Source: a virus (lineage: Duplodnaviria > Caudoviricetes). From it: a stretch of 57,983 nucleotides of DNA. Shown piece after piece: positions 18,898 to 28,900 of this stretch; the stretch's first letter is position 1; each line of letters starts with the position of its first letter. Made by a program: the position numbers and the translations under genes. Under the pieces are notes generated by a model. That model saw only the letters and a program-made list of their open reading frames with translations, was not told the origin of the DNA and made no database searches. The stretch covers positions 1 through 57,983 of the IMG/VR virus record IMGVR_UViG_3300023174_005575; one strand, written 5' to 3'.

Positions 18898-21231
18898 ATG
18901 AATAAAATTACAGTCAAGAAACGAAACGGGGTCAGTGTTCCTTTAGATTTAAGCAAATGGCAGACACAAATTGCCAAAGTATGCAGCGGTGTAGCTGATG
19001 TTAGTCAAAGTATGATAGAGATCAAAGCACAGCCGCATTTTTACGATGGTATTACCACTAAGGAAATTGATGAAATTACCTTACGTGCTATCGTTGATTT
19101 GATTGATATTGAAAGTAATCCAGATACGGGCAATACTAACTATCAATATGTGGCGGGGAAGCAACGTCTCAGTATGCTACGCAAAGATGTATACGGCAGC
19201 TATGATGTTCCTAGGCTCTATGATATAGTTAAACGCAATGTAGCAATAGGCCTATATACTCCTGAACTACTAAAATGGTACACTGAGGCAGATTGGAATA
19301 CTATTGATTCCTTTGTTCGACATGAACGTGATGAAGAGTACAGTTATGCTGCTATTGAACAGCTAATTGAAAAATATCTTGTGCGTAATCGTAGTACTAA
19401 AGAAATTTATGAAACACCACAAGTTCGTTATATTATTGCGGCAGCAACTATCTTTCATAAGGAAGAGCCGTTGAGTGCTAGAATGCGTTATATTAGGGAG
19501 TATTACAATGCAGCCAGTGATGGGTTATTTACTTTGGCGACTCCAGTATTGGCTGGTCTCGGAACCCCTACTAAGCAGTTTAGTAGTTGCGTTCTCATAC
19601 GCAGTGATGACGATTTAGACAGCATCTTTGCCTCAGGCGAAATGATGGCTAAATATGCCAGTAAACGTGCAGGCATTGGATTAGAGATTGGTAGACTACG
19701 CCCATTGGGTAGTCCAATTAGGGGAGGCGAGATCATGCATACTGGCATGATTCCGTTCTTAAAGAAATGGTTTGGGGATCTTAGATCCTGTTCACAAGGA
19801 GGGATTAGAAATGCTTCAGCGACTGTATTCTATCCGGTCTGGCATCACCAATTTGATGACCTTATTGTGCTCAAAAATAACCAAGGCACAGAAGAAACCC
19901 GAGTCAGACATATGGACTATGGTGTCGTACTCTCAGCATTCTTCTGGCGTAGGTTTAAGAACAAAGAAAATATTACGTTCTTCGACCCAAACCAAGTACC
20001 GGACCTCTACGAAGCCTTCTACTCCAATACAGAAAAGTTCGAAGAGCTCTATGTAAAATACGAAAATCAAGCAGGTCTTCGTAAAAAAGTTATTAGTGCT
20101 GAAGAAGTATTCAAAAGTGGCATATTAAAAGAACGCACAGATACAGGACGTATCTACTTGGTGTTCATTGACAACGTAATGAAGCAGGGCCCATTTGATC
20201 CTGACTATCATACAATTTACCAGAGTAATCTTTGTTGTGAAATTCTACTTCCTACTCGCCCATTCAAGCGTTTGGATGATAACGATGGCCGTATCGCTCT
20301 ATGTACCTTGGGATCGATTAATTGGGGTGCGTTCAGAAATCCCGAGGATATGCGCCGTGCCTGTCGTATTCTCCAGCGCAGCCTATGTAACATACTTGAT
20401 TATCAGGACTTCCTCAGTATTCAATCCAAACTGAGTAATGACGAAATTCAACCATTAGGGATTGGAGTAACTAACTTGGCCTATTGGCACGCCAAGCGTG
20501 GCTTTAAGTACGGTGATAAGGATGCCCTACAAGATGTTAAGAGTTGGATAGAACATCAAGCTTATTACTTGACTGAAGCCACTGTAGAGTTGGCCAAAGA
20601 ACGTGGCCCATGTAAAGACAGTCATAAGACAAGATATGGGCAGGGCGTATTCCCTTGGGAACTCAGAGCTGATGCAGTTAATGATCTAGCAGAGTTTACA
20701 CCAGAACTTGACTGGGAAACCCTACGTGCTAATATGAAACAGTATGGTGTACGCAATGCCACAATGATGGCTATTGCTCCTGTAGAGTCCAGCAGTGTGG
20801 TAATTAACAGCACTAATGGTATTGAAATGCCTATGAGTCTAATCAGTGTGAAAGAAAGCAAAGCAGGCAGTTTCATTCAAGTTGTTCCAGAGTATCATAG
20901 ACTTAAAAATCGTTATCAACTCATGTGGGAACAGAAGGATTGTGTTGGCTATTTGAAAACAGCAGCAGTATTGGCTGCCTATGTGGATCAAAGCATCAGT
21001 ACCAACACATTCTATAGTCCCAAACATTTTGCAGACCGTAAAGTGCCTAGTACATTAATTGCTAAGAACCTAATGCAAGCACATATTTGGGGATTGAAAA
21101 CATTGTATTACAGTTTGATAGATAAGCAGGGTAGTAAAATGCCCGAACCCACACCCGAAGTACATTACAACGGGTTTGACAATCACAGAGAGTTAATCGA
21201 GGACGAGGACTGCGAGGCCTGTAAATTATGA
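18898..21231 (+). CDS. nrdA: Ribonucleotide reductase class Ia alpha subunit
   Basis: N-terminal ATP-cone (VKKRNG), TPVLAG, QFSSC, SQGGIR, QSNLCCEI, CTL, C-terminal CEAC. Confidence 0.97.
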   Translation: MNKITVKKRNGVSVPLDLSKWQTQIAKVCSGVADVSQSMIEIKAQPHFYDGITTKEIDEITLRAIVDLIDIESNPDTGNTNYQYVAGKQRLSMLRKDVYGSYDVPRLYDIVKRNVAIGLYTPELLKWYTEADWNTIDSFVRHERDEEYSYAAIEQLIEKYLVRNRSTKEIYETPQVRYIIAAATIFHKEEPLSARMRYIREYYNAASDGLFTLATPVLAGLGTPTKQFSSCVLIRSDDDLDSIFASGEMMAKYASKRAGIGLEIGRLRPLGSPIRGGEIMHTGMIPFLKKWFGDLRSCSQGGIRNASATVFYPVWHHQFDDLIVLKNNQGTEETRVRHMDYGVVLSAFFWRRFKNKENITFFDPNQVPDLYEAFYSNTEKFEELYVKYENQAGLRKKVISAEEVFKSGILKERTDTGRIYLVFIDNVMKQGPFDPDYHTIYQSNLCCEILLPTRPFKRLDDNDGRIALCTLGSINWGAFRNPEDMRRACRILQRSLCNILDYQDFLSIQSKLSNDEIQPLGIGVTNLAYWHAKRGFKYGDKDALQDVKSWIEHQAYYLTEATVELAKERGPCKDSHKTRYGQGVFPWELRADAVNDLAEFTPELDWETLRANMKQYGVRNATMMAIAPVESSSVVINSTNGIEMPMSLISVKESKAGSFIQVVPEYHRLKNRYQLMWEQKDCVGYLKTAAVLAAYVDQSISTNTFYSPKHFADRKVPSTLIAKNLMQAHIWGLKTLYYSLIDKQGSKMPEPTPEVHYNGFDNHRELIEDEDCEACKL

Positions 21232-22328
21232 GTAAAGAACAATATAACCTAACCACTAAGACAGACTATTTAAATCGTAAAATGTTCTTGGATCCAGCTG
21301 GTCCAGTTACTATACAACGTTTCGAAGAAGTAAAATACAAAAAGATTGTAGACTTTGAACAGACAGCCCGTGGGTTCTTTTGGGTGCCAGAGGAAATCAG
21401 TTTGACCAAAGATGCCAGCGACTTCAAAGATGCCAGCAGTAGCATACGTCATATCTTTACCAGCAATTTGCTACGTCAAACAGCATTGGATAGTATACAA
21501 GGTCGTGGACCAGCACAGGTGTTTACTCCTTGTGTAAGTTTACCAGAGATGGAAGCACTGATGTATAATTGGAGCTTCTTTGAAACTAATATACACAGTC
21601 GTAGCTATAGCCACATTATTCGTAATATCTATAATGTACCTAAAGATGTGTTTAATACTATCCATGATACCAAAGAGATAGTGGACATGGCGTCAAGTGT
21701 GGGTAACTATTATGATCAATTGCACATAATTAATTGTCATAAAGAGCTTGGCGAGACAATCAGTGAAAAGGTACACGTTAGATCTATTTGGTTGGCACTC
21801 AATGCCAGTTATGCTTTGGAGGCATTTAGATTTATGGTGTCATTTGCCACCAGCCTAGCCATGGTAGAGAATAAAATCTTTATTGGCAATGGCAACATTA
21901 TTAGTCTTATCCTACAGGATGAACTATTACACAAAGGCTGGACTGCTTGGTTAATTAATCAAGTAGTAAAAGAAGATGCAAGATTTGCTCAAGCAAAACA
22001 AGATTGTGAACAGGAAGTATATAGTATGTACTTAGATGTGATCCGTGAAGAAAAAGCCTGGGCAGACTATTTGTTTATGAAAGGTCCAGTAATTGGATTA
22101 AATGCTAACATTCTAAAAGATTTTGTGGATTATACAGCAGCCGCAGCCTTAAAAGATATTGGCCTAAAGTACATGAGTCCCGCACCCAAGACTACTCCTA
22201 TTCCTTGGTTCAATAAACATAGTGATACTAGCAAAAAGCAGACAGCTTTGCAGGAAAATGAATCGACTAATTATGTTATAGGAATTATGGGCGATAGTAT
22301 TGACTATGATGAGCTGCCCATGTTATAA
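21228..22328 (+). CDS. nrdB: Ribonucleotide reductase class Ia beta subunit
   Basis: FFWVPEE, LDSIQGR, ETNIHSRSY, LEAFRF, DELLH, QENESTNY. Confidence 0.96.
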   Translation: MSKEQYNLTTKTDYLNRKMFLDPAGPVTIQRFEEVKYKKIVDFEQTARGFFWVPEEISLTKDASDFKDASSSIRHIFTSNLLRQTALDSIQGRGPAQVFTPCVSLPEMEALMYNWSFFETNIHSRSYSHIIRNIYNVPKDVFNTIHDTKEIVDMASSVGNYYDQLHIINCHKELGETISEKVHVRSIWLALNASYALEAFRFMVSFATSLAMVENKIFIGNGNIISLILQDELLHKGWTAWLINQVVKEDARFAQAKQDCEQEVYSMYLDVIREEKAWADYLFMKGPVIGLNANILKDFVDYTAAAALKDIGLKYMSPAPKTTPIPWFNKHSDTSKKQTALQENESTNYVIGIMGDSIDYDELPML

Positions 22329-22346
22329 TCCTTAAAAGGAGATATA

Positions 22347-22589
22347 ATGCTTACAGTATATACAAAATATGACTGTCCATTTTGTGACAGAGCCAAAGCC
22401 CTATTGGAAAGTAAAGGCGTACCTTACAAAACAATCAATGTACAAGATGATCCCACATCTAAAGAATTTCTAATGGATCAAGGCCTGCGTAGTGTGCCAC
22501 AGATATTTGATGGCACTACCTTATTGCCAGGAGGGTTTCAAGGCTTAGATAGCAAGCCAGCAGAGTTTTTCGAACAATATAAAGGATAA
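22347..22589 (+). CDS. Glutaredoxin
   Basis: CPFC active site, SVPQIF, GG; follows nrdB; TTGACT-18-TATAAT promoter at 22300-22329. Confidence 0.92.
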   Translation: MLTVYTKYDCPFCDRAKALLESKGVPYKTINVQDDPTSKEFLMDQGLRSVPQIFDGTTLLPGGFQGLDSKPAEFFEQYKG

Positions 22590-22591
22590 AA

Positions 22592-22882
22592 ATGTTAGTT
22601 GAAAATAATTTTAAAAACAATGATATTATCAGTTTCAAAGTAAGTAGCGGAGAGGAAATTTTAGGACGTTATGTACGTGAGGATGGTATCAATTTTTATG
22701 TTACCAAGCCCAGTGTGTTAATGATGAGTCAGCAGGGTATGGGCATGGTGCCATACATGATGACAGTGAGACCTGAAGAGGAGTATGCCATTGCTAGAAC
22801 AGCAGTTATCACTTTTGCTCGCACAGATGATGATATTGCCAAGCAATACCTAAGCAAAACCAGTGGAATTCAATTGACCTAA
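22592..22882 (+). CDS. Hypothetical protein (possible Sm-like fold)
   Basis: IISFKVSSGEEILG...YLSKTSGI pattern. Confidence 0.65.
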   Translation: MLVENNFKNNDIISFKVSSGEEILGRYVREDGINFYVTKPSVLMMSQQGMGMVPYMMTVRPEEEYAIARTAVITFARTDDDIAKQYLSKTSGIQLT

Positions 22883-22967
22883 GCTTAGTTAATAACCAAG
22901 CCGTTCTTAATAAATAGTTTTATGGGCGGTTTGGAGTCAGTCTCCAAGCAAATCGCTGGAGACAAGA

Positions 22968-25900
22968 ATGGCAAAAAAAATACAGCTACGAAGAGATACG
23001 GCAGCAAATTGGAGTAGAGTTAATCCTAAACTAGCTCAAGGTGAAATCGGCGTCGACATAACCAATAAGAACTTTAAAATTGGTGACGGTATCAATCTAT
23101 GGAATCAATTAACCTACGCTGTAACTTCTAGTAAATTATCCAACCTGTTAGGAACTACTTTTGTTTCTACAGGTACAGATCAGTACCCAACATACACAAT
23201 ATTTTATAATAATGGTTCTAACACTGTTAACATAAGTCCTGCACTGTTTGAAATTCAGAACGGTGTAAATGTTAGAGTTTTATCTGCCACAGAAAGTACG
23301 GATAGCACCACAGGCGCCTTAGTAGTTACAGGTGGAGCAGGAGTAGGCGGCGATCTTAATGTAGCTGGAGATATTACAGCTAATAGTATTAGCCTTGACC
23401 AAGCATTAAGTACAAATTTAGTTGGTAATGTTACTGGCAATGTCACTGGCAATTTAACAGGTGCTATCTATTCAGTAAATGGCACTAGAATTTTAAACAA
23501 TGGCACCGATGGTACAAATGCCAGTTTTAACGGTCATGTAAACGGCACTATTACCAGCACTGGTCAAAGTACATTTACTAGAGCTGACATCAGCAGTGGA
23601 TATATTGATAATACAATTATTGGTAGTATCACACCTGCATCAATTATTGGCACAACAATTAGAGCTAATACTGGGTTTGTTGGCGATTTGTATGCCAACA
23701 ACGGCTCTTCTAAAATATTAGAAAACGGTACAGATGGTACTAATGCTTCTTTTACCGGTAAACTAATTGGTGACATTTACGCTGCTGATGGTGTAACAAA
23801 AATATTAGAAAACGGCACAGATGGAACCGATGCCGTGTTTACTGGTACAGTGAATACTACCACAGGAGTTACAGGCAGGCTTATTGGCGATGTCTATGCT
23901 GCCGACGGTGTAAACAAAATATTAGAAAATGGTAGCGATGGCACTAATGCTGTGTTCACTGGAAAATTAATCGGCGATATCTATTCTGCTGATGGTGTAA
24001 CAAAAATATTAGAAAACGGCACAAATGGCACAAATGCTTCTTTCAATGGATCATTGAGTGGCAATGTTACAGGTAATGTTGCAGGAGACCTAACTGGTGA
24101 TGTTTATGCCAGCAATGGCACAACTAAAGTATTAGAAAATGGCAATGGTACTACTGTTCCTGCTGCTTTTACTGGTAACATAATCGGCGATATCTATGCT
24201 GCTGATGGTGTAACAAAAGTATTAGAAAACGGCACAGATGGATCAAATGCTTCTTTCAATGGATCACTGAGTGGCAATGTTACCGGTAATGTCGCGGGTA
24301 ACTTGACTGGCGATGTTTATGCCAGCAATGGCACAAGTAAAATATTAGATAATGGCACAGATGGCACTAATGCCGTATTCACTGGCAATGTTAATAGCAG
24401 TGGCAAAAGCACATTTAATGAAGTAGCAATTTATTCAACCACAGGTACTCCAGGTACTATAGATAATACAGAGATAGGTAAGACCACACCATCTCCTATT
24501 GCTGGGACTACAATTACTGGCACTGTGATCACTGCTACAGATAAGTTTGTGGGAGTATTTCAAGGTAACAGCTCAGGTAGTTTCACAGGTGATTTAAAGG
24601 GTGACATTATTGCCAATAATGAAGTTAAGGTATTGGATAACGGCACAGACGGATTTAATGCAACCTTTACTGGATCAGTTACTGGAAATATAAACAGTAC
24701 TGGGCCCAGTAGTTTCAGCAATGTTACCATTTCAGGTGGTACTATTAATACTACGCCGATTGGTGCTACTACTCCAAGTAGTGTAAAGGGTACTACTATC
24801 ACAGCTACTAGTGGATTTAGTGGTGCTTTAACTGGTAATGTCACAGGTAATGTCACAGGTAATGTCACAGGTAATGTCACAGGCAATGTCACAGGTAATG
24901 TCACAGGCAATGTCACAGGCAATGTCACCGGAGACATAACCAGCACTGGAACAAGTAGCTTTAGCAATATCGGTGTAACTGGTGGAAATATCGATAGCAC
25001 CCCGATAGGTAATACTACTCCTACCACTGTAAAAGGTACTACAATCACAGCTACTACTGGATTTATTGGAGACTTAACTGGCAATGTTACCGGTAACCTG
25101 ACAGGTAATGTCACTGGCAATGTCACTGGCAACTTAACTGGTAATGTTACCGGAGACATAACCAGCACTGGAACAAGTAGCTTTAGCAATATTGGTGTAA
25201 CCGGTGGAAATATCGATAGCACCCCAATTGGAGCAACAACCCCAACCACAGTAAAAGGCACTACTATTACTGCAACTACTGGGTTCGGTGGTGATCTAAC
25301 TGGAAATGTGACCAGTACTGGTCCCAGTAGTTTTAGTAATATAACCGTAACAGGTGGTAGCATTAATACTACAACAATAGGTGCTACCAACCCAACTACT
25401 GTAAAAGGTACTACAATTACAGCTACAACTGGGTTCGTTGGCAACTTAACTGGTAATGTTACAGGTGACTTAACAGGCAATGTCACAGGTAATGTCACAG
25501 GTAATGTCACAGGTAACTTAACTGGCAATGTAACTGGCAATGTAACCAGTACAGGAACAAGTAGTTTTAGCGATATTGATATTACTGGTGGTAAGATTAA
25601 TAATACCCCAATAGGTGCCACTACGCCAACTACAGTAAAGGGTACTACAATCACAGCTACTACTGGATTTATTGGAGACCTAACTGGCAACGTAACTAGC
25701 ACTGGATCAAGTAGTTTTACTAATGTTGCAGTTACAGGCGGCAGTATTAATAATACTCCAATAGGGGCTACAACACCATCCACAGTTGACGGCACAACGA
25801 TCAAAGCTAATGAACAAATTATTAACAATGCTGGCCAACTTAAATTTAAAGAACTTGCCACAAATGGTGTAACATCAGTTAATTTCAAAGCACCTGATTA

Positions 25901-28900
25901 CTTGTTGTCATCTTACACAATGACATTGCCTACAGCATTAGGTTTAGATGGCTATGTATTAGGACAAAATGTCACTGGTGAATTGGAATTTGTCAGTCCA
26001 GATGCATTTGGTGGCGGCAAAGTAAACGTCAGTAATGTCTATGGCGATGATGACAACGACGGTATTAACAAGCCAGTTAAAACAGTTAAAAGAGCACTGC
26101 AAATAGCCAGTGGTATTGTTTATGATAGCAATGGCAAACCTAATGATAAAAAACTAGTGGTGTCAGTGGCCAATGGCGAATACTACGAAGACAACCCTAT
26201 TATTATTCCAGACAATGTCAGTGTACAAGGTGCTGGACTAAGAGCCTGTAACATTCGTCCACTAAATGCTAACTTGGATATGTTACGTGTACGTAACGGA
26301 TGTTACTTTACTGGATTTACCTTTAGGGATAATCTAAACGTCAATGGAGCACCGCAATTTACATTTGATTATGCTGTAAGCTTTGACGATCCTACAGATC
26401 CAAATTGTGATAGAACCGGCTATGTCAATATGCCTACCGCTCGTCCTACTATTACAATTTCTCCCTATATTCAAAACTGTAGTATTATCAGTTTCTTAGG
26501 CGGTAATGGTGTATTGATCGATGGTAACAAGGTTAACACACCTAACAAACCAAAAAATCCAAATGAAGTAGAAAATCCAGTAGAAGGTCCAGAACCAGAA
26601 CAGGGCAAATCCATGGTGGCCAATGCCTTTACCATGTTGAGCTTTGGTGGTACAGGCTGGCGTGTGATTAATGATGCTTATGCACAGATTGTTAGCTGCT
26701 TCCAAATCTTCTGCTTGAATGGTAGCTATTGCCAAAGCGGTGGATATTTGAGTATTACTAACAGTGCCACTAACTTTGGTAAGTATGCCCTCAGAGCCAG
26801 TGGATATAGTCCCAATGCATTCTCATTTAATAGAGGCGTAGTAGTTGGCACTGGTACTAGTGGCGCACAACAAACTATTCAAGCTATTGGTTTTGGTCAA
26901 TTACCTGTACAAGATTATGTGATTAGATTTAGGGATAATGTATATAAAAATGCCTATTTCCTTCTACAAGAATATAAGTCACTTTTACAAACACAAGTTA
27001 TAACCTGGATATCTACACAAGTCAGTGGAAATATTAGCCCGTTCACTTCTAGCTTTGTCTATGACGAAGACAAATGTCATAGAGATGTTGGGTTGTTGAT
27101 TGATGCTGTGGCCAACGATGTATTGACAGGCGGCAACAGTAGATCAGTTGAAGCAGGTCGAAGTTATGCCGATGCGGATGTGGCTGCATTGACAGCACAA
27201 AAGGCGCAAAACATAGCAGCATTTGAATACTTAAAAGGTCGTGCCTCGGCAGTTGTAACAGAACTGAATATTGGATTTATAATAGAAGAAAAATTCGATA
27301 TTATTATTGGCATTATTGATGATCCTGCATCAGCACCAGACAGTATATCTTTTAGTAATGTAGGAGATATATCTGCTGATTATCAACCTATATCAGCTAG
27401 CGATTATGTGAACTTTAATGCTAATACTAATGTTAATTTTGTTGATAATGTATTCAATATTAATAATCATGGATTATTAAATGGTCAAAAAATAATTTAT
27501 AACAGTAACGGTAATTCGACTATCCCAGGCCTGAACAACGAACAAACTTATTATGTAGATTTCGTCACTATAAATCAATTTGGGTTATTTTATGATAATA
27601 GTTTAACTACTAGAGTTAATATATTAGGCAATAGCACTGGACAACAAAGATTTGTTAAAAATGTCAAAGAGTTTTATGTAGACTCAATTGTTGACAGCCA
27701 CACTGACTATCAAAAATTAACTTTAGATGCAACCTTTTCGACACAATTTGTTACAGGCAGAGTTATAGAAGGCACAACTGGAGGTAGTCCAAATAGAGCA
27801 TATGTTTATAATTATGATATATTAACAAAGGAATTGATAGTCAGTCTGGATTATGTTACTGTAAACAATGTAATATCAAGAAGACCATTCAATGATACCA
27901 GTGTGATCAATTACGATCATGCATCTTCACCTAATAGTAATATTTCAGTAACTGCTGTTGATTCAATCAATACATTATATACAGTAGATGTAAAAATATT
28001 GCCAGTGACCAATGGTACTCAATTGGTTAATTTAGGAACTTTGCCAGAGAAACAGATTTGGTTACATAGACCCAGTATTGTCAACAGTAGCAGTCACTCT
28101 TGGGAATATGCAGGATCCGGTACAGACTATAATGCCTTGCCACAAAACGGAGGCAAGGGAGATGCCATATACGAACAGTTTAGTGATCTTCCAGGTAGAG
28201 TATATACTTCAGGAACTAACGAACTTGGTGACTTTAAAGTTGGTAACTTCATTAAGGCTGAAAATAAAACTGGTAATGTAACATTTACTAACACAGTTAC
28301 AATTGGTGCATTGGCCGCACTGAGATTGGCCGTGGGCAATGTGACCATCGAAGAATTTAGCACAGACATTGGCCTTGGCGACAATGAAGTAGGCGGTCCT
28401 AAAGATACAAGACTAAGCACACAGTTGGCAGTAAAGAGTTATCTAGCAAATAGACTGGGTGACTTTATTGATAAACGGGTCAGTACCAATAATGTGTCCG
28501 GAGCTATTCCGCAGTTAAACAGTTTGGGACAGCTCAATGCTGATATTATTCCTCCTGTAAGAAACTTCTTAAGCTATCGCAGTCAAGGTTATGATAGTAG
28601 ATTAGTACAGGTTCAAAACATTCCGGCAGTAAATCTACTTAACGGTGATCTTGCAACAGAAACATATAGTATACAAGAGTTAACTTTAAATCGTGCCATA
28701 ACAGCAGCAGATGGCACATTAGTTGAGCAAAACACCACAGGAGCCAAAGGCGTTATTATAGGTAATGTGGCTGCTGCAACCTTAATAACTGTGGGTAGTT
28801 ATTTAAACGCCACATTCAATGCTGTGTTTAATACCACAAACACATTGGTCATAGGCGGTGATAGCACACCAAGTGATACTAATCAATCAGTTACCCCTAG

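Noticed and set aside
18898-22328. Introns, inteins or homing endonucleases in nrdA/nrdB
   Set aside because: Both ORFs are continuous and of normal length.
24560-25888. 442-aa minus-strand ORF (and similar ones at 32477-33379, 5134-5739, 13801-14313)
   Set aside because: Antisense shadows of repetitive Gly/Thr-rich fibre genes; low-complexity V/L/P translations with no RBS or promoter.
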